From: Chloroflexota bacterium | GTDB lineage: Bacteria; Chloroflexota; UBA11872; VXOZ01 | Direction: 5' to 3' | Assembly: GCA_963663275.1 (NCBI GenBank) | Contig: OY760183.1 | Coordinates: 2,048,001 to 2,112,000 of the forward strand | Length of the DNA stretch: 64,000 nt | Part shown: positions 1-9,402 of the stretch, in pieces | Layout: each line of letters starts with the position of its first letter | Position numbering within the stretch: position 1 is the stretch's first letter | Made by a program: the position numbers and the translations under genes | The notes under the pieces: model-generated | Database searches by the model: none | What the model was told of the DNA's origin: nothing | The model's input: the letters and a program-made list of their open reading frames with translations, nothing else

Positions 1-948
1 ACCGCGCTGGCTGCGGCGCTGGCGGCGGAGTTCAATGCGGAGATCGTCAGCGCCGATTCCCGCCAGGTTTACCGTGGTCTGGACATCGGCACGGCCAAGC
101 CTACGGCTGAAGAACGCGCCCACGCCCGGCACCACGTGATCGACGTGGTTTCACCGGACAGCACCGCATTCTCCGTGGCAGTGTGGCGCGGCCATGCTGA
201 AAGAGCGTTTGCAAGCCTCAGCGCGCGCCGCAAGCGGCCGTGGCTCGTGGGCGGGACCGGGCTGTACGTGCAGTCGATTGTCGAAGGGCTTGAACTGCCG
301 GACGTGCCGCCTCAGCCTGCATTGCGCGCCCAACTGGAACAAACGATGCGGCATGGGGGCGTGGACGCTCTGTATGCGCGGCTGCAGCACGTAGACCCTG
401 AAGCCGCGGCGCGCATCGACCGGCGCAATCCCCGGCGGCTCATCCGCGCCCTGGAAGTCTGCCTCGTTTCCGGCAAGCCGTTCTCCGCGCAGCGCGTCCG
501 GCGTCCGCCGCCGTATCCGGTATTGCAGATCGGTCTGCGCGCGGACCGGGAGACGCTTTACCGGCGCATCGACGAGCGCGTCGATCGCATGATTGCGGCC
601 GGTTTGCTGCAAGAGGTCGCGGGTCTGCTCGACCAAGGATTGACGACGGATCTGCCGAGCATGCAGAGCGCCGGCTACCGGCAACTTGCCGCGCACCTGC
701 AAGGAGCGTGCACGCTGGCCGAGGCTGTCCAGCAGACGAAATACGCGACCCACCAACTGGCCAAACGCCAGGAGACTTGGTTCCGCAAGCAAAAGGGCAT
801 ACAATGGATAGACATAGACGCCGCTGAAACTGATACAGTGGCAACTGCAAGGCATTGGGTAGAAGGCTTCTACGAAGAGTGCGAGCGGACGCGGGGCCTG
901 TCCGCCGCAAAAGGAGCGGCAAGCGGTGGCGGTGAGAGACACGCATAA
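1..948 (+). CDS. miaA: tRNA dimethylallyltransferase (5' end outside window)
   Basis: Frame 1 is open from base 1: ...EIVSADSRQVYRGLDIGTAKP...; also VGGTGLY, RRLIRALEV and AKRQETWFR motifs. Confidence 0.95.
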   Translation, partial: TALAAALAAEFNAEIVSADSRQVYRGLDIGTAKPTAEERAHARHHVIDVVSPDSTAFSVAVWRGHAERAFASLSARRKRPWLVGGTGLYVQSIVEGLELPDVPPQPALRAQLEQTMRHGGVDALYARLQHVDPEAAARIDRRNPRRLIRALEVCLVSGKPFSAQRVRRPPPYPVLQIGLRADRETLYRRIDERVDRMIAAGLLQEVAGLLDQGLTTDLPSMQSAGYRQLAAHLQGACTLAEAVQQTKYATHQLAKRQETWFRKQKGIQWIDIDAAETDTVATARHWVEGFYEECERTRGLSAAKGAASGGGERHA

Positions 949-1186
949 GGCGTTCCAGCGTCTTACCGGCGCGGGGTACAGCAAGGAGATGACGGAAGCC
1001 TTGCTGGAAATCCTCGGTGAGTCCGGGGATGACTTGGTGACCAAAGACTACTTGGACATGCGCATGCGTGAATTGGAGTCTCGCTTGGAACTGCGCCTTA
1101 CGCAGCGTTTCGGGGTAATGCTGGCGGCTGCAGTCAGCGTGATGATTGCGGTTCTGCTGGTGCCGGAACTGCTGGGGGCGCGTTAG
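926..1186 (+). CDS. Small DUF1640/CCDC90-like coiled-coil protein with C-terminal TM helix, copy 1
   Basis: DTHKAFQRLTGAGYSKEMTEAL...LVTKDYL...RELESRLELRL followed by a hydrophobic tail; AAGGAG upstream. Confidence 0.65.
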   Translation: MAVRDTHKAFQRLTGAGYSKEMTEALLEILGESGDDLVTKDYLDMRMRELESRLELRLTQRFGVMLAAAVSVMIAVLLVPELLGAR

Positions 1187-1308
1187 GTTCAATTGGAAGG
1201 CGGTTTCCTAGGCGCTTTAAGATCCTGCCTGAGTAATGAAAGAAGCGGGCTGAACGAAAGAAGGCGAGTGTCGGGATAACCTCGCCGATGCAAAAGGAGT
1301 AAGAGACG

Positions 1309-1584
1309 GTGGCAGTGAAAGATACGCATAAGGCCTTCCAGCGTCTTACCGGCGCGGGCTGTAGCAAGGAAATGTCCGAAGCCTTGCTGGAAATCCTGGG
1401 TGAGTCGTGGGACTCAGTAGCCACCAAGTCAGACATAGCCGGTATGGCCACCAAAGCCGACTTGCGCGAACTGGAGTCCCGCTTGGAACTGCGGCTTACG
1501 CAGCGCTTCGGGGTAATGCTGGCGGCCGCAGTCAGCGTGATGATTGCGGTGCTGCTGGTGTTGGAATTGCTGGGGGCGCGTTAG
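1309..1584 (+). CDS. Small DUF1640/CCDC90-like protein, copy 2 (tandem paralog)
   Basis: Near-identical to 926..1186, with an extra ATKxD unit. Confidence 0.65.
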   Translation: MAVKDTHKAFQRLTGAGCSKEMSEALLEILGESWDSVATKSDIAGMATKADLRELESRLELRLTQRFGVMLAAAVSVMIAVLLVLELLGAR

Positions 1585-1643
1585 GATTACGGACGGGCAA
1601 GCAGCGCGTGACCGCGCATAGCGCAAGGAGTTGGGAGCACGCG

Positions 1644-2492
1644 ATGGCACAAGACTTAGAGTTCATCAAGATGCACGGAACGGGCAACGACTTCGTGGTG
1701 GTGGATGCCCGGGCGAATGGTGAGCGGGCGTGGGCCGGCCTGGCGCCCAAGCTCTGCGACCGCAACTTCGGGATTGGCAGCGACGGCCTGCTGCTCATCG
1801 ACACGGACGCGGACCGGGGCTACCGGTTCCGCATGTTCAATCCCGACGGCAGCGAGGCCGAAATGTGCGGCAACGGCATCCGCTGCTTTGCCAAGTATCT
1901 CTACGACACCGGCGAAATCGGCGAAGGCTGGCTGGGCGTGGACACGCTGGCGGGGGCGCTCCAGGTGAACGTGCATCCGGGCGACAACGAGCGCTTTGCC
2001 GTCTCCGTGGACATGGGCCCGCCGTATCTGGCTCCGGCGGAAATCCCGGTGCTGGCCGATACCACGCCGGTCAAGGACATGCCGCTCAGCGTAAATGGCA
2101 CAGAGCTTGCGATAACGGCCGTTTCGATGGGCAATCCCCACGCGGTGACGTTTCTCGACGACATCGCGGCCTTTCCGCTTACTACCATCGGCCCGGAAGT
2201 AGAACATCATCCGGCGTTTCCGCAGCGCACCAACTTCGAGATTGCCCAGGTGGTGGCGCGCGACCGGATCGAGGTCAAGGTGTGGGAACGGGGTGCGGGG
2301 CCCACGCTGGCCTGCGGCACCGGCGCGTGCGCCACGGCGGTGGCCGCCCGCCTGCACGGCCTGACGGACGAGACCGTCACCATCGGTCTGCCCGGCGGCG
2401 ATTTGACCATCTCGTGGGACGGCGAGGGACACGTGTTCATGCGCGGCGCGGCGCAGACGGTCTTTGCCGGTACCTGGTTGCAGGGAGACTAG
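1644..2492 (+). CDS. dapF: Diaminopimelate epimerase
   Basis: KMHGTGNDF, NPDGSEAEMCGNGIRC, MGNPHAV, ERGAGPTLACGTGACA; start ATG 1644 after AAGGAG/GGAG. Confidence 0.97.
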   Translation: MAQDLEFIKMHGTGNDFVVVDARANGERAWAGLAPKLCDRNFGIGSDGLLLIDTDADRGYRFRMFNPDGSEAEMCGNGIRCFAKYLYDTGEIGEGWLGVDTLAGALQVNVHPGDNERFAVSVDMGPPYLAPAEIPVLADTTPVKDMPLSVNGTELAITAVSMGNPHAVTFLDDIAAFPLTTIGPEVEHHPAFPQRTNFEIAQVVARDRIEVKVWERGAGPTLACGTGACATAVAARLHGLTDETVTIGLPGGDLTISWDGEGHVFMRGAAQTVFAGTWLQGD

Positions 2493-2495
2493 TCC

Positions 2496-2831
2496 ATGTC
2501 CGACAGTACCAAGCGTCTCCTTGTCATAATTCTCGCTCTGCTGCTTGGCATCGTCTCCATCGCCCCGTTTGGCAGGATCAACCGCAGCGAACGCGCCGGT
2601 GTGCTTGCCGCGGTGGCTACCGCTCTTGTGGGCTTGATCGCTTTCATGCGGCGCGAAACGGAAGGCGAGCTCTTGGGCATTCCCTATAGCTTCAGCCCGC
2701 CGACGCTCGAGCGGCTGAAAGGGCGGCTGTGGAACGCCGACGACCCGCGCGTCTTCACCCCGCATATCTTCGGCTGGGGTTGGAGCGTGAACTTCTACCA
2801 GATTGGGAAGCGCCTCGGCCTGATTTCCTAA
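2496..2831 (+). CDS. Small membrane protein, DUF5808-like
   Basis: Two TM segments plus WNADDPRVFTPHIFGWGWSVNF, resembling the DUF5808 motif. Confidence 0.6.
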   Translation: MSDSTKRLLVIILALLLGIVSIAPFGRINRSERAGVLAAVATALVGLIAFMRRETEGELLGIPYSFSPPTLERLKGRLWNADDPRVFTPHIFGWGWSVNFYQIGKRLGLIS

Positions 2832-2875
2832 CGTTCTACTTTGCAATGCGGTAAGCATCTTCGACTTAAAGGTCA

Positions 2876-4948
2876 ATGCGCATGGGGACGCTGGTCGGCG
2901 TAGACATCGGCGGCACGTTCACGGACATGGTCGTGCTCGACGAGACGCGCCGCGAACTGCGGATTGACAAAGTTGCCACCACTCCCGACGATCAGTCGAT
3001 CGGCTTCATCGCCGCCTTGGACGGCATGGGGGTCTCGTACGCCGACATCGATCTGGTCACCCACGGCACTACCGTCGCCACCAACGCCGTGCTGGAGCGC
3101 GACGGCGGACGCTGCGGCCTGATCGCCACGCGGGGCTTCCGGGACATTCTGGAGTTGCGCCGCCGGGACCGCCCCCACATGTACGGCCTCACCGGTTCGT
3201 TCGAGCCGCTCATTCCCCGTGACCGCCGCCTGGAGGTGACCGAACGCATTGCCGCCGAGGGCGCGGTGGTCACACCTCTGGATGAGGAGGAGGTCTTAGA
3301 GGCGGGAAGATCATTGGTAGCGCAGTGGGTGGAGGCGATCGTCGTCAGCTTCATGAACGCCTACGCCAACCCCGAACACGAACTGCGCGCCAAGGAGATC
3401 CTGCAAGCCGAATGGCCCCATCTCTACGTGGTGACGTCCAGCGAGACGCTGCCGGTCTACCGCGAATTCGAGCGCACAAGCACGGCGGTGGTGAACGCTT
3501 ACGTGCAGCCGAACGTAGGCGATTACCTGGAACAACTGGAGGAACGCCTCCAGGCGCGGGGCTACGCCAGCGACCTCTTCATCATGCAGTCGAACGGCGG
3601 CATGATGTCCGCGGCCAGCGTGCGCGACTTACCCCTCAATACGGTGCTGTCCGGTCCGGCGGCCGGCGTGATTGCCGCTACGCGGATTGCCGCCGAGGAC
3701 GGCTTCACCAATCTGATTACCTACGACATGGGCGGCACCAGCCTCGACGTATCGCTGGTGCAAGAGGGCAAGCCGCTGCCGTCGAGCGGCATGGACCTGG
3801 AATTCGGCATTCCCCTCATGGTCTCGATGATCGACATCCATACGATCGGCGCGGGCGGCGGCAGCATCGCGCGCATCGATCAGGGAGGCTTGCTGCAAGT
3901 GGGGCCGCAGAGCGCGGGCGCGGATCCGGGCCCGGTCTGCTACGGCAGGAACGGCACGGCGCCAACGCTGACCGACGCCAACCTCATTCTCGGCAGGATC
4001 AACCCGGACTACCCGATTGCCGGCGTGGCGGGCGCGTCTTTCGACGTAGCGAGCGCCCGGTCGGTAGTCGGAGAAGCGATCGGCAAGCCGCTGGGGCTTA
4101 CCGCCGAGCAGGCGGCGCAGGCAATCGTGACGGTGGCGAACAACCGCATCGCCGGCAGCCTGCGGCGCGTCTCGATCGACAAGGGCCACGATCCACGGGA
4201 GTTTTCTCTCTTCTCCTTTGGCGGCAGCGGGCCGTTGCACGCGGGCTTTCTGCTGCGCGAACTGAGCATCGGCCGGGGCATCGTGCCCTACTATCCGGGC
4301 ATCGCCTCCGCCTGGGGCTGCGTCATCGCCGACCGGCAGCATGACTTCGTGACGATGCAGAATGCCCTTCTCAGCGAACTGGACATTGCGGACGCGGAGC
4401 GGGTCTTTGCCGAGCACCTAGCGGCGGGAGAAGAGATGCTGGCGGGTGAAAACGTGCCGCTGGAGCGCGTCAGCTTGCTGCGTGAAGCCGACATTTCCTA
4501 TGAAGGGCAGACCCACGTCATTCGCACCGCCCTGCCGGCGGGCGAACTCAGCCATGAGAACATCGCGGCCAGCTTTCGCGGCGCCTACTTGCAGCACTAC
4601 GGCCGGGTGGAAGAGGGGTTTGGCGGTTTGGAGGAATTGCTGGCGCGGATTCCCATGCGCGTGCTCAACCTGCGCACGGCCGTCATCGGCGTCCGCGCCG
4701 ACGTGCGCTTGAAAGACTACGTGACTGCGCCGGAAACGACGCTGGCGGAGGCGCGCAAAGAGGAAAGGCCGGTGTACGTGGACGATGGATTCGTAACCTG
4801 TCCAGTCTACGACCGCGCCAAGCTGCCGTGGGACGCCGTGCTTACCGGTCCTGCCCTGCTCGAGCAGCCGGACACGACGGTCTGGCTGGCCCCCTGGTGC
4901 CGGGCCACCGTTGCCCCCGGCGGCAGTTTGCTGATAGAGGTGGTGTGA
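2876..4948 (+). CDS. Hydantoinase/oxoprolinase family subunit A
   Basis: GVDIGGTFTD, HGTTVATNA, SGPAAG, DMGGTS, IGAGGGSIA, GPQSAGADPGPVCYG. Confidence 0.93.
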   Translation: MRMGTLVGVDIGGTFTDMVVLDETRRELRIDKVATTPDDQSIGFIAALDGMGVSYADIDLVTHGTTVATNAVLERDGGRCGLIATRGFRDILELRRRDRPHMYGLTGSFEPLIPRDRRLEVTERIAAEGAVVTPLDEEEVLEAGRSLVAQWVEAIVVSFMNAYANPEHELRAKEILQAEWPHLYVVTSSETLPVYREFERTSTAVVNAYVQPNVGDYLEQLEERLQARGYASDLFIMQSNGGMMSAASVRDLPLNTVLSGPAAGVIAATRIAAEDGFTNLITYDMGGTSLDVSLVQEGKPLPSSGMDLEFGIPLMVSMIDIHTIGAGGGSIARIDQGGLLQVGPQSAGADPGPVCYGRNGTAPTLTDANLILGRINPDYPIAGVAGASFDVASARSVVGEAIGKPLGLTAEQAAQAIVTVANNRIAGSLRRVSIDKGHDPREFSLFSFGGSGPLHAGFLLRELSIGRGIVPYYPGIASAWGCVIADRQHDFVTMQNALLSELDIADAERVFAEHLAAGEEMLAGENVPLERVSLLREADISYEGQTHVIRTALPAGELSHENIAASFRGAYLQHYGRVEEGFGGLEELLARIPMRVLNLRTAVIGVRADVRLKDYVTAPETTLAEARKEERPVYVDDGFVTCPVYDRAKLPWDAVLTGPALLEQPDTTVWLAPWCRATVAPGGSLLIEVV

Positions 4949-4949
4949 A

Positions 4950-6686
4950 TTGAACATCGATCCGATTACCCTCGCGGTCATTCGCGGCGGCCTGGAGCAA
5001 ATCGCCGATGAGATGGATGCCACCCTGGAGCGCATGGCATTCTCGCCGGTGATTTCGGACGGGTTCGATCGCGCCAGCGGCATCTACCACGTGCGCGACG
5101 GCGAGGTGATCATGCAGGGGCCGCGCGGCCTGCCGAACTTCATCTGCGTGATGGAGTTCACCGTGCGCTCGGTGATCGAGCGTGTCGAGAACCCTGCGGA
5201 CGGCGACGTCTACATCGTCAACGACCCCTATCTGGGCGGCACCCACTTGATGGACGTCAAGATGGTCAGTCCGTTCTTCTACAAGGGCAAGCTGAGGGCG
5301 TTCCTGGCGAACAGCGGCCATTGGCCGGACATCGGCGGGCGGGTGCCGGGCGGTTTTTCGACGCGAGCCACGGAAATTTACCAGGAGGGCTTGCGCCTGC
5401 CGCCGGTACGCATCATGGATAGGGGCAAGTTAAACCAGGACGTACTCGACATAATCCTGCATAACGTGCGCGTTTCCGCCGAGCGCCAGGGCGACATCAT
5501 CGCCAAGATCACGGCGCTCAACCTGGGCGCGGAACGCCTGACGAAGTTGCTCGACCGCTACGGGGAAGAGACGGTCTTTGCGGCGGTGGACGAGATGAAG
5601 GCGCGCTCCGAGCGGCTCATGCGCAGCCACATCGAGACCATTCCCGACGGCACGTACGAATTCACCGATCACATCGACAGCGACGGCGTGGAGTGGGAGC
5701 CGCTGGCGCTGCGCCTGAAGCTGACGATAGACGGCAGCGACGTGCACGTGGACTTTTCCGAGAGCAGCCCGCCCTGCCGGGGGCCGCTGAACAGCGTCTT
5801 CAGCACCACGTTGGCCGGGGTGTTCATCGCGTTCAAGCACATCTTTCCCGACGTGCCCATCAATGCCGGCTGCTTTGCGCCAATCACGGTCAATATCCCG
5901 CCAACGACGTTCCTACACGCCCAACCGCCGCGTCCGGTGGCCGGCTGCGCCGCCGAAGTGTGCCAGCGCGTAATCGACGTGATGCTGGGCGCGCTGAGCC
6001 AGGCGATACCGGATAACGCCTACGCCGCGCCCATGGGGACGGTGACGAATCTCTCGGTCGGCGGCGAGAATCCGGACCGGGGCTACTACGTCTTCTACTC
6101 GTTCATCGGCGGCGGCTACGGCGGCAATTTCGCTACCGACGGGCTGATAAACGGCAATCCCACCATCGCGGTGGCGCGCACGCAGGCGCTGGAAATCTTC
6201 GAGTTCCGCTATCCGGTGCTCTTCACGCGCTACGCCATTCGCGAGGGCTCCGGCGGCGCGGGCGAGCGGCGCGGCGGCTACGGCGTCATTTTCGAGTTCG
6301 AGATACGGCACGGCGACGCCAGCGCCTCGCTATTGGGTGAACGAGGGCGGTTCGCGCCGTTTGGAATCCTGGGCGGTCAAGCGGCGCAACCGGCGGAACA
6401 CGTGTTTACGCTGCGCGGCGAAGAGTACAGGCCGGAACACATTACCAAAGATGAGGGCGTGCACATGGTGCCCGGCGACGTGCTCAGCTTGAGAACGCCG
6501 GGCGGCGGGGGCTACGGCGATCCGTACGAGCGGCCGGCGGCGCTTGTGCTCCAGGACGTGCGGCGCGGCTACTACGACCGCGCCGCGGCTCTGCGAGACT
6601 ACGGCGTGCGCATCCAGCCGGACGCGTGGGTAGTGGACAAGGACTCGACGCGGATGCTCCGCCGGGGCAGGCGCGCGCGAGAGTAG
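4950..6686 (+). CDS. Hydantoinase B/oxoprolinase family subunit B
   Basis: NDPYLGGTHLMD, HWPDIGG, EIYQEGLRLPP, TPGGGGYGDP; TTG start adjacent to subunit A. Confidence 0.93.
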   Translation: MNIDPITLAVIRGGLEQIADEMDATLERMAFSPVISDGFDRASGIYHVRDGEVIMQGPRGLPNFICVMEFTVRSVIERVENPADGDVYIVNDPYLGGTHLMDVKMVSPFFYKGKLRAFLANSGHWPDIGGRVPGGFSTRATEIYQEGLRLPPVRIMDRGKLNQDVLDIILHNVRVSAERQGDIIAKITALNLGAERLTKLLDRYGEETVFAAVDEMKARSERLMRSHIETIPDGTYEFTDHIDSDGVEWEPLALRLKLTIDGSDVHVDFSESSPPCRGPLNSVFSTTLAGVFIAFKHIFPDVPINAGCFAPITVNIPPTTFLHAQPPRPVAGCAAEVCQRVIDVMLGALSQAIPDNAYAAPMGTVTNLSVGGENPDRGYYVFYSFIGGGYGGNFATDGLINGNPTIAVARTQALEIFEFRYPVLFTRYAIREGSGGAGERRGGYGVIFEFEIRHGDASASLLGERGRFAPFGILGGQAAQPAEHVFTLRGEEYRPEHITKDEGVHMVPGDVLSLRTPGGGGYGDPYERPAALVLQDVRRGYYDRAAALRDYGVRIQPDAWVVDKDSTRMLRRGRRARE

Positions 6687-6926
6687 GGCGAATGACGCTC
6701 TGCCCGTTGCCAGTTCGGAGAGTCGCAAGAGTCTGCATCTTTTTGTCTACGATCTTCATTGGGCGCGCGGCCGCGTGTGGGCAATTGGGCAGTGTCTTAC
6801 GCAAGCCTTGCCCGTCTGCGGGATTATTCGGCTATGGCGGCGCTTGCCACGATTCGCTAGAGTAGAGGCAGGCGCAATGGGGTAGAGCCAAGTTTGCGAC
6901 TATTGCTAGTGGAGAGGAGCGCGCGC

Positions 6927-7385
6927 GTGAGCGTGTGGGGTAGAGTTCTCTTTATTTGCTTACTGGTGGCTGTAATGGCTGGCTGCGGCGAATCTGCGGC
7001 GGTTGAGGTTGACGTCGGGCCCGAGACCGCGACAGAGACCCAGTCCGCGCCCACTGCCGAGAGTGTTGCGGAAGCGGCGCCAACGGCAACCCCGTCACCA
7101 GCGCCTGACCCCGCGCCCACGCCCGCGGTTGAAGCCGACGCCGACTCAGACGCCGCGCCTGAGGAGCCCGCGCCGACGCGGACGCAGAGCATCATCCTCT
7201 ACGACCTTACGGAAATTGAGAAGACCTGCCCGGGGTACCAGGAGTTCACTGGATTCCGGCAGACCGTTTCCCAGGTGAAGATAACGTGCACCAGTCCCGG
7301 CGTGGAGACGGTGTATTTCGTGGACTTGGACAACCTGGTGGTTACGGGCATACGCGTGCCGCTGCTCGAGCCGGAGATGCCGTAG
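6927..7385 (+). CDS. Lipoprotein of unknown function, paralog 1 (Pro/Ala linker plus 2-Cys C-terminal domain)
   Basis: Lipobox-like MAGC; C-terminal domain similar to the next two ORFs; start uncertain (GTG 6927). Confidence 0.7.
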   Translation: MSVWGRVLFICLLVAVMAGCGESAAVEVDVGPETATETQSAPTAESVAEAAPTATPSPAPDPAPTPAVEADADSDAAPEEPAPTRTQSIILYDLTEIEKTCPGYQEFTGFRQTVSQVKITCTSPGVETVYFVDLDNLVVTGIRVPLLEPEMP

Positions 7386-7440
7386 CGGCCCGGGCGGCCC
7401 GGCCTGGGAGAAAGCGCGCAATGGCTAAGCGGGGCGTGAC

Positions 7441-7848
7441 GTGAAGCAGCCGTGCCGTTTCCTGCTGGTGGTTCTCAGCGTGGCGCTGGGCGGCTGCGGC
7501 GGCGTCATTGCGGAAGTCAGCCGACCGGCGGCGGAAAGTACGCCGCTGCCGACCCCCACCGCGGCCCCGCGTCCCACCCCGTCGCCGGCGCCTGCGCTCG
7601 GCCTGCGCACGCACGGGATCATATTCCACGACCTCACGCAGAGCGAGCGGATTTGCCCCGGCTTTGCGGAAATCCTGTCCCCGTTCGAGATGTCTCCGGA
7701 CCAGTCGTCCGACTCAGCCACGGAGGTCGTGCGGCAGGTGCGGCTGGTCTGCACCAACGACGCTACGGGAACGGTCTACGTGGTGGACCTGGAAAACCAG
7801 ACCATCACCGCCACGCGCAAGCCGCCGCCGGTCCCAGGGATGCCATAA
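7441..7848 (+). CDS. Lipoprotein of unknown function, paralog 2
   Basis: Lipobox LGGC, PT linker, shared C..C domain. Confidence 0.7.
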   Translation: MKQPCRFLLVVLSVALGGCGGVIAEVSRPAAESTPLPTPTAAPRPTPSPAPALGLRTHGIIFHDLTQSERICPGFAEILSPFEMSPDQSSDSATEVVRQVRLVCTNDATGTVYVVDLENQTITATRKPPPVPGMP

Positions 7849-7852
7849 GCCA

Positions 7853-8209
7853 ATGAATGCGCTCTTTCGCTTGGGAATCCTGCTCTTGAGCCTGGCGCTG
7901 GCCTTGGCTGGGTGCCGGAGCGCGCCGCCGGCGCCAACTCCGCAGCCCGCGGCGGCCGCGTCAGAGCCGGCGCAGCCGACTCCAACACCCCGGCCTTGGG
8001 CGGAGGGCGTGCTCTTCTTCGAGATCGAGGAACCGGAGCAGACCTGCCTCGGCTACCAGGAGTATCTCTCCCTGCGCGAGACGATCACGCAAATCAAGAT
8101 CGTCTGCACGGTAGAAGGCATCGAGACCGTCTACTTCATCGACACGGAGAAGCAGACGGTGACCGTGGTGCGCATTCCGATACCGCTGACCGTAAAGCCG
8201 CAAGAGTAG
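7853..8209 (+). CDS. Lipoprotein of unknown function, paralog 3
   Basis: ATG 7853, MNALFRLGILLLSLALALAGC; shared C..C domain (3' part of track ORF 7508..8209). Confidence 0.7.
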   Translation: MNALFRLGILLLSLALALAGCRSAPPAPTPQPAAAASEPAQPTPTPRPWAEGVLFFEIEEPEQTCLGYQEYLSLRETITQIKIVCTVEGIETVYFIDTEKQTVTVVRIPIPLTVKPQE

Positions 8210-8217
8210 GGTCTGCA

Positions 8218-8859
8218 ATGACGTGCTCGATGGCGCGGAATGGATTAGCGCTTTACAGAGAATACTACGTGGCTACCGGGGATGAACGGCTGGGGCTGTT
8301 CACGCTTGTGGCTGAGCGCTTCGGCTGCCGGAGCGCGCTCTATCCGGGCAGTTTTGCTCACCTGACGCCGGCGTTTGTCTTTCCTCTCACCTGCTTTGCG
8401 GACATGGATAGGCGCGCGGCGGGCTTCTTTGCTGAACCGGGTGTTGGCGACCTAGTGGCGCGGCGGAAAGTCTACGCGCAAGAGCCGCGCATCCGGTTTC
8501 ATCAGGCCGACTATGAGAAGGGCTTGGCGGAAGCCGAAGAGAGTTTTGATCTCTTGATTTCGCTGCACGCGGGGTTTGTCTCACAGCACTGCGAGCGGTA
8601 CCTGAAGCCAGGCGGCATGCTGTTGGTCAACAACAGCCACGGCGACGCCAGCATGGCCCGGCTGGACGCGGACTACACGCTGGCAGGGGCGATCAGCCGC
8701 CGGGGCGAGCGCTTTCGGCTGGTGGAGCAAGACCTAGACTCGTTTTTCGTGCCGAAGCGGCAGCGAATAATCACCCGGGAGTACCTGGAGCGGACGAGGC
8801 GCGGCGTTGCCTTGAACCGGCGCGCCTATGCCTACGTGTTCCGGAGGGTGCGCTCGTAG
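8218..8859 (+). CDS. Class I SAM-dependent methyltransferase-like protein
   Basis: ALYPGS, FADMD, SFDLLISLHAG and YLKPGGMLLVN give a Rossmann MTase pattern; start 8218 or 8230. Confidence 0.6.
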   Translation: MTCSMARNGLALYREYYVATGDERLGLFTLVAERFGCRSALYPGSFAHLTPAFVFPLTCFADMDRRAAGFFAEPGVGDLVARRKVYAQEPRIRFHQADYEKGLAEAEESFDLLISLHAGFVSQHCERYLKPGGMLLVNNSHGDASMARLDADYTLAGAISRRGERFRLVEQDLDSFFVPKRQRIITREYLERTRRGVALNRRAYAYVFRRVRS

Positions 8860-8862
8860 CAG

Positions 8863-9240
8863 CTACTCTTCAGTGATGTGCGCCGCCAGCTTGTCCACGA
8901 GTTGATTCACTCGTAGGATGCCGGTTTGCACGAACGTGTCCGGTTGCCAGCCCTCGTAGAAGTTTTGGCGCAGGGAATTCGCTATATGGAAGTGAACATG
9001 GAATCCGGTGTCACCAGTCTCGCTCGAAATTCTGCTGACGCCTTCGAAGAGGCGCGCATAAGTACCGTGCTCCCAGCCTTTGTGCTCGGCTGTGGCTTTC
9101 ACGGCTTGCGCTGCCGCGCCCCAGGCCTTTGCCGATGCTTGCCGTATGTCGCCGGCCGCGAAATCGGCGTGCGCCTGTTCGATGAAGCGGCGGCTGGTTT
9201 GCAGATATCGTTCCACGGCCGCTTCTCGCCCATTGACCAC
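8863..9240 (-). CDS. PaREP1/HEPN-like family protein
   Basis: GDIRQASAKAWGAAAQAVKA...ANSLRQNFYE; GGAGG upstream of GTG. Confidence 0.7.
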   Translation of the reverse strand: MVNGREAAVERYLQTSRRFIEQAHADFAAGDIRQASAKAWGAAAQAVKATAEHKGWEHGTYARLFEGVSRISSETGDTGFHVHFHIANSLRQNFYEGWQPDTFVQTGILRVNQLVDKLAAHITEE

Positions 9241-9402
9241 CACTATGACCTCCCAGAAGATTTGCCAGCCCACAATTCTAGCATGGATCGCAACAACGCG
9301 ACACTGCTGGAACGGCATTCAAGATAGGGCGAAATCCTGACATGGCACTTCTCCGCCCAATTCGGCTACCGTATCGAGACCAGGCTGCGGACGCGGCGCG
9401 CT

